Virus record (IMG/VR): IMGVR_UViG_3300020044_002313
Location: 1-37,430 of that record
Strand: one strand, 5' to 3'
DNA: 37,430 nt
From: a virus
Taxonomy: Duplodnaviria; Caudoviricetes
Part shown: positions 16,618-25,225 of the stretch, in pieces
How the letters are laid out: each line of letters starts with the position of its first letter
How positions within the stretch are numbered: position 1 is the first letter of the stretch
Translations under genes and position numbers: made by a program
The notes under the pieces: generated by a model
Seen by the model: only the letters and a program-made list of their open reading frames with translations
Databases searched by the model: none
Told to the model about the DNA's origin: nothing

Positions 16618-16699
16618 TGATGAAGACCCATTTTGGGTCATGGAAACCATTTTGAGGATGCAAACCTAATTTGACGAAATAGCCTCATTTTGCAATAAA
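16608..16699 (+). promoter_or_regulatory. Degenerate ~19-bp tandem repeats (CATTTTG core) overlapping a candidate late promoter
   Basis: Units at 16608, 16627, 16646, 16664, 16683; TTGACG at 16671 with TG-n-AATAAA 17 bp downstream. Confidence 0.5.
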
Positions 16700-16728
16700 C
16701 AGGGAAACCGGAGAAAAGCAGGGTCAGC

Positions 16729-17385
16729 ATGGCAAGAGTGATGACGGAGGAGCAGATCGCTGCAAGGCGAGCCAGGATCGAGAGACGGGCAAATCGTCCG
16801 CCGACTCGGGTGAAGATGGCTGAGGAAGTGTCTGTAAAACAAACGAAAATCCTCGGTAGACCGTCAAAGATGACGCCAGCAGTCATAGACGAAATCATCG
16901 TTGGCGTGGCTTCAGGGCTGTCCCTCGCCAATGTATGCCGCGATAACCCGAGAACGCCTGAATTGTCTACGGTGTATAGGTGGATGCAGGCAAGCGACGA
17001 CTTCCGGGATGCCTACCTCCGCGCTTGTGCCAACAGAAGCTTGGTATACGCGGACACCATTGGGGACATAGCTAAGGCCACTTTGAGCGGAAAAGTGGAC
17101 CCAAATGCCGCGAGGGTTGCAATAGGCGCATACCAATGGCTTGCGATGAAGCTTGTGCCTACCGTCTTCGGGGAGCGGCAGGAGGTGCAGGTAACGCACC
17201 AGCACCTGCATCTCCATGCACTGCGGCAACTGTCAGAAGCGGCTAAGGTGGGGCAGGCAGCCATTGCTCAGAGGGAGCTGGAGCTACAAGCCATAGAGAT
17301 AGGGGACACAATAGGGGACAGCAGTAATGACGACCTGCAACCCATTGAAATCATTACACCTAGGGCGGATGATATATCCGTATAA
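16729..17385 (+). CDS. terS: Terminase small subunit (Sf6/P22-like HTH)
   Basis: GRPSKMTP...EI...VASGLSL..VCR......TVYRW.....FR.AY.RA; W...KL.P..FGER. Confidence 0.85.
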   Translation: MARVMTEEQIAARRARIERRANRPPTRVKMAEEVSVKQTKILGRPSKMTPAVIDEIIVGVASGLSLANVCRDNPRTPELSTVYRWMQASDDFRDAYLRACANRSLVYADTIGDIAKATLSGKVDPNAARVAIGAYQWLAMKLVPTVFGERQEVQVTHQHLHLHALRQLSEAAKVGQAAIAQRELELQAIEIGDTIGDSSNDDLQPIEIITPRADDISV

Positions 17386-17770
17386 CCGTGATGAGGGACA
17401 GATGGGGGACAGGTGGGACGGGGACACAGGCGGCATCAGCAGGCGTCCGAGGTCACGCTGGGATGGGGACGTGTCGGGAGCCCCCCCCGGTCCCCCAGGC
17501 GGCGGGGGGCGGCTGCTGGTGCAGCACCCTCTGCTCACAGATACCATTTCACCCCCAGCTTCACCTGCATCCACGGCATCCACGGCATCCACGGCATACT
17601 CTGCATCCACGGAACCCAAGCCACCCACAGAACCCCCCTCAACCCCGCAAACGTCTGTCCCTTTTTACAATACAAAACCCCCTGTAACAGGTTAACAGGC
17701 AAGCAGGGTGGACCCCCCTCCCCCCCGGTTGCCTTGGTCCGCCCAATCTTCCAAAAAAAAGGAAATTGAC
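17386..17770. other. Non-coding G-rich then C-rich region, candidate packaging-initiation region
   Basis: Repeated GGGAC motifs, homopolymer G/C runs, no credible ORF; directly after terS. Confidence 0.5.
17567..17611. repeat. 9-bp tandem repeat GCATCCACG (5 units, one degenerate)
   Basis: Read directly from the sequence. Confidence 0.9.
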
Positions 17771-17773
17771 TGC

Positions 17774-18577
17774 ATGAAAGTCTTGAGCCTTGGGGCGGGT
17801 GTCCAGTCAACCACGCTGGCGCTGATGGCGGCGGCAGGCGAGATTGAGATGCCTGATTGCGCGATATTTGCGGACACTGGTGCGGAGCCAACGTCTGTTT
17901 ATGATCATCTGCGGCGTCTGGTTTCTGTGCTTCCCTATCCCGTTCATATGGTGAGCGCGGGAAACATCAGGGATGATCTTGTGCGAGGGGCGAACAGCGG
18001 CGGGTCTAAGCGGTTCGCTTCTATCCCGTTTTTTATGGATCGAGGCCGCGATGGAATTGGGATGGCTCGGCGGCAATGTACTTCTGAATACAAGATTAAG
18101 CCGATAGATAAGGAATTGAGGTTGCTGCTTGGTTATGCTCCGAGGGCCAGGATACCGGCGAAATCTGCGGAGGTGTGGATTGGCATCTCGACAGACGAGG
18201 CTATTCGGATGAAACCTTCGATGGTCAATTGGAAGGTTAACCGCTGGCCGCTGATCGAGCGCGGCATGAGTCGGATGGCTTGCCATGATTGGTTATCGAA
18301 GCATGGGTGGACTGCTCCGAAGTCGTCTTGCACGTTTTGCCCATTCCGGTCTGACGAGAGCTGGATCAATATGAAGGCGACGGATGAAGAGTCGTTTGCG
18401 GATGCGGTGAACGTTGACAGGGCTTTACGATCCAGCGGCATGATGGGGAGTTTTAAGGCGGTTCCATATCTGCATCGAAGCTGCAAACCTCTTGATGAGG
18501 TTGATTTGCGCACCAATGCAGAGGTTGGGCAGCCTGATCTGTTCATGAACGAATGCGAAGGCATGTGCGGCGTTTGA
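17774..18577 (+). CDS. Second PP-loop / PAPS-reductase-like protein (LSLGAGVQS subtype)
   Basis: VLSLGAGVQST, IFADTGAE, RQCTSEYK, WIGISTDE, KSSCTFCPF, C-terminal ECEGMCG. Confidence 0.8.
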   Translation: MKVLSLGAGVQSTTLALMAAAGEIEMPDCAIFADTGAEPTSVYDHLRRLVSVLPYPVHMVSAGNIRDDLVRGANSGGSKRFASIPFFMDRGRDGIGMARRQCTSEYKIKPIDKELRLLLGYAPRARIPAKSAEVWIGISTDEAIRMKPSMVNWKVNRWPLIERGMSRMACHDWLSKHGWTAPKSSCTFCPFRSDESWINMKATDEESFADAVNVDRALRSSGMMGSFKAVPYLHRSCKPLDEVDLRTNAEVGQPDLFMNECEGMCGV

Positions 18578-18594
18578 TATTAGGAGGAAACAGA

Positions 18595-19872
18595 ATGTCA
18601 GGGTCAGCGAAGAGCAGGAAGTATGAGATCACATGGCGGTCGGTGGATCAACTGATCCCCTATGCCCGCAACAGCCGGACGCACAGCAAGGATCAGGTTG
18701 CGCAGATTGCAGCTTCGATCCGAGAGTTTGGCTGGACCAATCCTATCTTGGTTGACGGGGATGGGACGATCATCGCAGGTCACGGGCGCGTTATGGCGGC
18801 TAGGAAGCTTGGTGAGAAGGATGTTCCTTGTATTGAGCTGGGGCATCTGACGGATGCGCAGAAACGGGCATATGTGATTGCCGATAACCAATTGGCGTTG
18901 AATGCTGGCTGGGATGCGGAGATGCTGAAGGTCGAGATTGCCGAATTGGTGGATGCTGACTTTGATCTGGGGTTGCTGGGTTTCGATGATGCGATGCTGG
19001 CAGGGTTAACGGGGGTTGAGACGGAGGGCCTGACCGATCCTGATGATGTGCCCGAAGCGCCTGCTGTCCCGGTGACTGTGCTTGGCGATGTTTGGGTTAT
19101 GGGACGGCATCGGATTATCTGCGGATCTTCCACCGAGGCGGACACGGTTGCTAAGCTATTGCTGGATGTTAAGCCGCATCTGATGGTGACAGATCCGCCT
19201 TATGGGGTGGAGTATGATGCAAGCTGGCGCAACAAAGCGTTGCGCTCCGACGGCTCTCCCATCGGTGCTAGAGCCGTCGGAGCGGTGCTGAACGACGACA
19301 AGGCAGACTGGCGAGAAGCATGGGCGCTTTTCCCCGGCGATGTGGCATATGTATGGTGTGATCCTGGGTCATTACATTGCGTTGTCCACGATAGTTTAAT
19401 TGCTGTTGGTTTGATCCCGAGAACGATGATCATTTGGGGAAAATCGCACTTTGCGATTGGCAGGGGGCATTACCATCCGCAGTTTGAGCCATGCTGGTAC
19501 GCAGTTAAAAAAGGCGGGACTGGACATTGGAATGGTGATCGCAAGCAAACCACGCTCTGGCAGATCGACAAGCCACGCAAATCAGAAACAGGCCATAGCA
19601 CCCAAAAGCCCATCGAGTGCATGAAGCGGCCAATCGAGAACAATAGCAGTCCAGGCCAAGCAGTCTATGAGCCGTTCAGCGGATCTGGCACGACCATCAT
19701 CGCAGGCGAGATGACCGGACGACACATATATGCGGTTGAACTGAACCCAGCCTACGTCGATGTGGCGGTTAAACGTTGGCAAGATTTCACCGGCCAACAG
19801 GCGATCCTCGATGGCGATGGCCGGACGTTCGATGAGATCGCCGGAACCAGGTTGCAAAAGGCAGCAGAATGA
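18595..19872 (+). CDS. ParB-like N-terminal domain fused to an N6-A/N4-C DNA methyltransferase
   Basis: LIPYARNSRTH, FGWTNPIL, IIAGHGR; TDPPY; HSTQKP; EPFSGSGTT; SD AGGAGG. Confidence 0.92.
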   Translation: MSGSAKSRKYEITWRSVDQLIPYARNSRTHSKDQVAQIAASIREFGWTNPILVDGDGTIIAGHGRVMAARKLGEKDVPCIELGHLTDAQKRAYVIADNQLALNAGWDAEMLKVEIAELVDADFDLGLLGFDDAMLAGLTGVETEGLTDPDDVPEAPAVPVTVLGDVWVMGRHRIICGSSTEADTVAKLLLDVKPHLMVTDPPYGVEYDASWRNKALRSDGSPIGARAVGAVLNDDKADWREAWALFPGDVAYVWCDPGSLHCVVHDSLIAVGLIPRTMIIWGKSHFAIGRGHYHPQFEPCWYAVKKGGTGHWNGDRKQTTLWQIDKPRKSETGHSTQKPIECMKRPIENNSSPGQAVYEPFSGSGTTIIAGEMTGRHIYAVELNPAYVDVAVKRWQDFTGQQAILDGDGRTFDEIAGTRLQKAAE

Positions 19873-21272
19873 ACAAGCCAATCAACGACGCTGACGCCTA
19901 CATCGACTTCATCCGCACCTATGCGGCTGATCCCGTTGGTTTCGTGATCAATGTTCTGAAGGCTGATCCTCTGCCGTGGCAGAAGGACTTCCTGAACAAG
20001 ATTGCCAAGGGCGAGCGCCGCATCAGCGTCAGAGCCGGTCACGGGGTGGGCAAGTCCACCGCTTGTTCGTGGGCATTGATCTGGCATATGACGTGCCGCT
20101 TTCCGCAGAAGGGTGTGGTTACGGCTCCGACTGCGGCGCAGTTGTTCGACGCCCTGTTTGCCGAGTTGAAGTCATGGATCAACAAGCTTCCACCTGTTCT
20201 CAGGGAAAGCTTCGAGGTGTTCTCCGACAAGATCGTGCTGAAGGGTGCGCCTGAAAGCAGCTTTATATCGGCCAGGACCAGCAGCGCGGAAAGACCGGAG
20301 GCGCTGGCCGGTGTTCACTCCGAGCATGTTTTGCTGGTGGTCGATGAGGCGTCTGCTGTTCCAGAGGCGGTCTTCGAGGCGGCGGCTGGATCCATGTCCG
20401 GCCACTCAGCCACAACCATAATGATCTCGAACCCCACCAGGTCATCCGGCCTGTTCTACAAGACGCACCATGAACTGGCGTCCGACTGGAACCGGATGCA
20501 TGTCAGTTGCTTGGATAACCCCCTGGTTTCCACAGACTTTGTGCGACAAATCGCCGCAACATATGGCGAGGCATCCAACGCCTTTCGCATCCGCGTTCTC
20601 GGCGAGTTCGCCCTGGGCGATGATGACACCCTGATCCCGGCAGAACTGGTCGATGCAGCCTTCGACCGGGATATTACGGCGCCCATGTCTGAGCCTATTA
20701 TATATGGAGTGGACGTTGCCAGGTTTGGTTCAGACCGGACGGCGCTCTGCAAGCGGCGCGGCAATGTTGTTGTCGAGTTGAAATCATGGGGCGGCCTCGA
20801 TCTGATGCAGACCGTGGGCGCGATCGTGAATGAAGCCAAGATGGACGCGCCGGACGAAATCTGCGTCGATACCATCGGACTTGGTTCCGGCGTTGCCGAT
20901 CGACTGCGGGAACAGGGCTACAACGTCAGGGACGTGAACGTGTCGGAAAGCTCCGCCATGAACCCCAACGCCAACAGGCTGCGGGATGAACTCTGGATCT
21001 CGGTAAAGGATTGGCTGGGAACCAGGGCAGTTAAGTTGCCGAGGGATGAGGCGCTGCGGCATGAACTGGTCGCCCCCCGCTACACGTTTTCCAGTTCTGG
21101 TAAGCTTGTGGTAGAGTCCAAGGACGGAATGAGAAAACGCGGGATGCGTTCGCCCGACTTGGCGGATAGCCTGTGTTTGACGTTTGCCGGAACTGCCGCT
21201 GGTGTGGGCGGTCGAGCATTTGCATGGCGTCCCGGCAAACCGCTGCGGCGCTCAATTAGTGGGATCGTGTGA
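19869..21272 (+). CDS. terL: Terminase large subunit
   Basis: AGHGVGKS Walker A, VVDEA Walker B, ISNP, GVDVARFGSD and SPDLAD nuclease motifs. Confidence 0.95.
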   Translation: MNKPINDADAYIDFIRTYAADPVGFVINVLKADPLPWQKDFLNKIAKGERRISVRAGHGVGKSTACSWALIWHMTCRFPQKGVVTAPTAAQLFDALFAELKSWINKLPPVLRESFEVFSDKIVLKGAPESSFISARTSSAERPEALAGVHSEHVLLVVDEASAVPEAVFEAAAGSMSGHSATTIMISNPTRSSGLFYKTHHELASDWNRMHVSCLDNPLVSTDFVRQIAATYGEASNAFRIRVLGEFALGDDDTLIPAELVDAAFDRDITAPMSEPIIYGVDVARFGSDRTALCKRRGNVVVELKSWGGLDLMQTVGAIVNEAKMDAPDEICVDTIGLGSGVADRLREQGYNVRDVNVSESSAMNPNANRLRDELWISVKDWLGTRAVKLPRDEALRHELVAPRYTFSSSGKLVVESKDGMRKRGMRSPDLADSLCLTFAGTAAGVGGRAFAWRPGKPLRRSISGIV

Positions 21273-21574
21273 TGGCGAAGACCCCGGCATGGCAGAGATC
21301 GGAAGGCAAAAACCCCAAGGGCGGGTTGAACGCCAAGGGCCGCGCATCTGCAAAAGCTGAGGGCATGAACCTAAAACCTCCTGTGAAGGCTGGCGATAAT
21401 CCTCGCCGTGCTTCATTCTTGGCTCGGATGGGAAACATGCCGGGGCCAGAACGGGATGAAAAGGGAAAGCCAACACGTTTACTTCTATCGCTGCAAGCGT
21501 GGGGTGCGAGTTCAAAGGCGGATGCCAAGGCCAAGGCAAAAGCCATCTCGACGAGAAATAAAGGAAAGGCTTGA
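21272..21574 (+). CDS. Small basic protein (DUF6321-like)
   Basis: PAWQR.EGKNP.GGLNAKGRAS...RRASFLARM motif common in aquatic phages. Confidence 0.75.
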   Translation: MAKTPAWQRSEGKNPKGGLNAKGRASAKAEGMNLKPPVKAGDNPRRASFLARMGNMPGPERDEKGKPTRLLLSLQAWGASSKADAKAKAKAISTRNKGKA

Positions 21575-21576
21575 AT

Positions 21577-21729
21577 ATGAAGAAGCCTGTCTGGAAAACC
21601 AAAGATCCCACGAAGTCAGACAAGAAGCTGACGCCAGCTAAAAAGGCTGCTGCAATGGCGGCGGCGAAAGCGGCTGGTAGACCCTATCCGAACCTCATCG
21701 ACAATATGCGGGCGTCCCGCAAGAAGTAG
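21577..21729 (+). CDS. Small Lys/Ala-rich protein, 50 aa
   Basis: Hand-translated MKKPVWKTKDP...AGRPYPNLIDNMRASRKK. Confidence 0.7.
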   Translation: MKKPVWKTKDPTKSDKKLTPAKKAAAMAAAKAAGRPYPNLIDNMRASRKK

Positions 21730-21738
21730 GAGAATGAA

Positions 21739-21978
21739 ATGGCTTCCTTTTTGATGAACGGTCGCACGTTTGATGATGCGGTCGCGATCACAACTTCCGC
21801 CACGGCGGACAACAGCTTTGGATCAATCTATGTTGGCGGCGCCGGAAACGTGGCGGTTGTGACTGAGAAGGGCACAACAGTGACGTTTAACGCGGTTCCT
21901 GTTGGAACGATCCTCCCGATCCGCACTTCAAAGGTGCTGGCGACATCAACAGCCACTCTCATGGTTGGCTTCAAGTAA
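21739..21978 (+). CDS. Small beta-rich putative virion protein
   Basis: IYVGGAGNVAV...F..VP.GT.LPI...KV.AT; SD AGGAG. Confidence 0.7.
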   Translation: MASFLMNGRTFDDAVAITTSATADNSFGSIYVGGAGNVAVVTEKGTTVTFNAVPVGTILPIRTSKVLATSTATLMVGFK

Positions 21979-21989
21979 GGATCACGCTC

Positions 21990-22526
21990 ATGCCGCGCAT
22001 GATGGAAGACAATATGGGCATGGGACCGGAAGAGCCCATCAACATGGAAGACAGCGAGCGCGGCGATGCCTGCCCGCAGGCTACCGGCGACATCACCCTG
22101 AACATGAAGAACAGGGGCAAAGCCATTGATAAAGCTGACTATGGTCCAATGGACCCAAATCAGCCTAATGACCAGTATTGGCGCAGAATGGGTCAGCGTT
22201 GGAAGGTCTCAGGTGAAGAGGCTAAATCCATGCGCTGCGGCAATTGTGCTGCTTTCAACCAGAAGCAGCATATCATCGACTGCATCGAGGAGGGGATTGG
22301 CGATGGAATGTCTGACGACGCAATGGAGGTCATCGAAGCAGGTGATCTTGGCTTCTGTGAAATCTTTGATTTCAAGTGTGCTGCGAAGCGTACCTGCGCT
22401 GCATGGATTGTCGGAGGCCCAATCAAGGACGGGGCCGAGGGTGAAGATTCAGATGAGTATGATGACCAAGACGGGGCTGAAGGCGATGAGCCTGGATTAG
22501 CCATCATCATTGGGAGAAAGTCATGA
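21990..22526 (+). CDS. Cys-rich protein with HiPIP-like cysteine spacing
   Basis: RCGNCAAF...LGFCEIF...KCAAKRTCAAW; acidic tail. Confidence 0.65.
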   Translation: MPRMMEDNMGMGPEEPINMEDSERGDACPQATGDITLNMKNRGKAIDKADYGPMDPNQPNDQYWRRMGQRWKVSGEEAKSMRCGNCAAFNQKQHIIDCIEEGIGDGMSDDAMEVIEAGDLGFCEIFDFKCAAKRTCAAWIVGGPIKDGAEGEDSDEYDDQDGAEGDEPGLAIIIGRKS

Positions 22527-22699
22527 AAAAACCTAGCAAATCCGCATCCAAGATCGCCAAAGTGATGGGCGAATATAAAGCTGGAACGCTTCACGCTGGC
22601 GTCAACCCCAAGGGGCCGAAGAAGGCGCCGCTGGCTGGTAGCCGGAAACAGGCGGTCGCGATTGCGCTCAGCGAAGCTGGCAAGTCGAAGAAGAAATAA
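22523..22699 (+). CDS. Small basic protein (DUF6496-like), 58 aa
   Basis: Hand-translated KIAKVMGEYKAGTLH...SRKQAVAIALSEAG. Confidence 0.75.
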   Translation: MKKPSKSASKIAKVMGEYKAGTLHAGVNPKGPKKAPLAGSRKQAVAIALSEAGKSKKK

Positions 22700-22710
22700 G
22701 GATTGAAATC

Positions 22711-24954
22711 ATGGCGAATCCCGTCACGTCATTCGGCGCATATAACCCCGATCTGATCCCGATCAGCGCGGATGGCGTTCAGGACTCGGCTTACAACAGT
22801 GAGACCGGGTTTCTGACGCCTTATGATGTGCCAATGACGGACGAGGAGTTCCGCTATCGCGTTGCCCAGGCCATCGAGGACGCTACAACCTACATCGACA
22901 GCTACATTGCGCCGGAACGTGAACGCGCAATGTCGTTCTATCTTGGCGATCTCTTTGGAAACGAGGAAGAAGGCCGCTCTCAGGTCATCATGACGGAGGT
23001 GCGGGACACCGTCCTGTCCATGATCCCGTCACTTCTGCGCATTTTTACCGGCGGCGACAAGCTTTTGGAGTTCATCCCGAAGTCTGCCGAAGACGTTGAG
23101 AGCGCAGAACAGGCCACAGACCTGATCAACTACATCTTCATGCAGGAAAACCCCGGTTTCCGCATCCTTCATGACGCTATCAAGGATGCTCTGATCCTGA
23201 AAACAGGCGTTTTGACATGGTATGTGCGCACCGATGAGAAGGTGGAATATTATTCCTATTCCGGCATCTCGCAGGCAGAGGCAAACTTCATCGCTCAGGA
23301 CAATGAGGTGTCGGTTGAGGAATACGCCGAGGAAACAGACCTTCTGACGGGTGAACAGCGCATCACAATGCGCATCAAACGTACCAAGAGAACGCCTCGA
23401 TATGTGGTCGAATGCGTTCCGCCTGAGCAATTCCTGATCGACAACGAAGCCACCTGCATCGCAGACGCGATTTACGTGGCTCGGCGCAAGCTTGTGACGA
23501 TTTCTGAGCTTGTCGAGATGGGTTACGACCGCACAATCATCGAAGAGAACGCCGGAACAGGCGGATTCGAGATGAACAACGAGGTCATCGTTAGAAACCC
23601 CGCAGATCAGTCATTTTTTGGGCTAACGGCGCAGAATGACGAGGCTACAACTAAAGTCTACTATGTCGAAAGCTATATGCGGATCGACAAGGATGGCGAC
23701 GGCATCGCAGAACTGCACAAAGTCTGCTCGGTCGGCAATGGATCTTACATCTTGCACGATGAGGTGGTGCAATATGCGCCGTTCTCGCTGCTTGAGCCTG
23801 ATCCAACGCCTCACACCATCTTCGGCAAGTCGATTGCTGACCAGACGATGGATCTGCAACTGATCAAATCCTCGATTATGCGCAACACGCTTGATAGCCT
23901 GGCGCAGTCGATCCACCCGCGCATGGTCATCGTCGAAAATCAAGTCAACATCGACGATGTAATGAACGTGGAGACGGGAGCCATCATCCGCGCTCGCGCC
24001 CCTGGCATGGTCTCGCCTCTGGTTGAGCCGTTTGTGGGCCAGCAGGCGCTTGGCGTGATGGCCTATCTTGATGAGGTGAAGACCCAACGCACCGGCATCT
24101 CCCGCACTTCGCAGGGTTTGGATGCTGACGTGCTGCAATCGACCACTCGGGCGGCAGTTCAGGCGCAGTTGTCTGCATCGCAGGACCGCATCGAGATGAT
24201 TGCGCGGCTGTTCGCTGATGGGATCAAGCTCTGTTTCCAAGGTCTCCTGCAACTGGTTATCCAGCACCAGGACAAGGCGAAGATCATCCGTCTGCGCAAC
24301 AAGTTTGTGCCCGTCGATCCCCGTGGCTGGGATCCAGGCATGGATATGGTGGTGAATATCTCGCTGGGGCGTGGCTCAGATGAAACCCGCCTGATGGGTC
24401 TGACGCAAATCGCCCAGATGCAGCAAGGCACCATCGAGAAATATGGGCCGAACAATCCGCTAGTGGATCTCGCGCAGTTCCGCAACACGCTGGCGCAGAT
24501 GACAACCTTGCAGGGCTTCCAGGATGCATCGCAGTTCTGGAAGGAAGTGAACCCGCAGGAAGTTCAGGCGTTCATGATGCAGATGCAGGCTGGTTCCAAT
24601 AAGCCTGATCCCGCGCAGCTTTTGGCTGACGTTGAGGCTGAGAAGGTGAAAGCCGACATCATCATCAATGCGGCCAAGCAGGAACTGGACCGGCAGAAAG
24701 CCATCGCCGAGAACGATTTCAAGCGCGATCAGATGTTCATCAACGCAATGCTTCAGGCGGCTGAGATCCAAGCCAAGTATGGGGCGCAGGTGGACATGGC
24801 GGTGATCAAGGCCGAGGTGGATCGCCAGCGAACCGAGATCCAGGAGGTGTTCAAGACGGCGCAGGCATTTGCGCCTCCTGCCGCGCCGCCCCCTGTTCCA
24901 ATGCCGCAGGCGCCCATGATGCCAACTGGGATGATCCCTCCGGGAGTTCGATAA
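22711..24954 (+). CDS. Portal protein (P22-like)
   Basis: 747 aa; EEEGRSQV, DAL..K.G, G.SIAD...DLQ motifs; helical Q-rich C-terminal barrel; position. Confidence 0.9.
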   Translation: MANPVTSFGAYNPDLIPISADGVQDSAYNSETGFLTPYDVPMTDEEFRYRVAQAIEDATTYIDSYIAPERERAMSFYLGDLFGNEEEGRSQVIMTEVRDTVLSMIPSLLRIFTGGDKLLEFIPKSAEDVESAEQATDLINYIFMQENPGFRILHDAIKDALILKTGVLTWYVRTDEKVEYYSYSGISQAEANFIAQDNEVSVEEYAEETDLLTGEQRITMRIKRTKRTPRYVVECVPPEQFLIDNEATCIADAIYVARRKLVTISELVEMGYDRTIIEENAGTGGFEMNNEVIVRNPADQSFFGLTAQNDEATTKVYYVESYMRIDKDGDGIAELHKVCSVGNGSYILHDEVVQYAPFSLLEPDPTPHTIFGKSIADQTMDLQLIKSSIMRNTLDSLAQSIHPRMVIVENQVNIDDVMNVETGAIIRARAPGMVSPLVEPFVGQQALGVMAYLDEVKTQRTGISRTSQGLDADVLQSTTRAAVQAQLSASQDRIEMIARLFADGIKLCFQGLLQLVIQHQDKAKIIRLRNKFVPVDPRGWDPGMDMVVNISLGRGSDETRLMGLTQIAQMQQGTIEKYGPNNPLVDLAQFRNTLAQMTTLQGFQDASQFWKEVNPQEVQAFMMQMQAGSNKPDPAQLLADVEAEKVKADIIINAAKQELDRQKAIAENDFKRDQMFINAMLQAAEIQAKYGAQVDMAVIKAEVDRQRTEIQEVFKTAQAFAPPAAPPPVPMPQAPMMPTGMIPPGVR

Positions 24955-25212
24955 ATGTCCAGCTTTGAGCAGGAAGACTTATGGAGGTCAGCCAAGGCGC
25001 TGGCGTCAGATAAAGCCACCGGCACGGTCTTGGATCGCTTGGAACAGCGATACATTGACGAATGGCGGCAATCTGATCCAGCGGACCTTGAGGGGAGAGA
25101 TGCCGCGTATTTTATGGTGCGCGCCATAGCCGCGTTTAGGGGAGAGCTGAATGCACTTGCTTCAGAGCCTGATATTACGCGGTTTAACAACCGCTTGAAG
25201 CGGGCAAACTGA
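24955..25212 (+). CDS. Small conserved head-module protein
   Basis: 85 aa between portal and scaffold. Confidence 0.75.
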   Translation: MSSFEQEDLWRSAKALASDKATGTVLDRLEQRYIDEWRQSDPADLEGRDAAYFMVRAIAAFRGELNALASEPDITRFNNRLKRAN

Positions 25213-25225
25213 TGGGGTAACTTAT

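Noticed and set aside
17327-17769. ORFs of 99-122 aa across the post-terS region
   Set aside because: Low-complexity translations of G/C runs and tandem repeats in all frames; more likely non-coding
25195-25223. TTGAAG-N17-TAACTT promoter-like match before the scaffold gene
   Set aside because: The implied start site would fall downstream of the ATG at 25226; may be chance or serve a downstream gene
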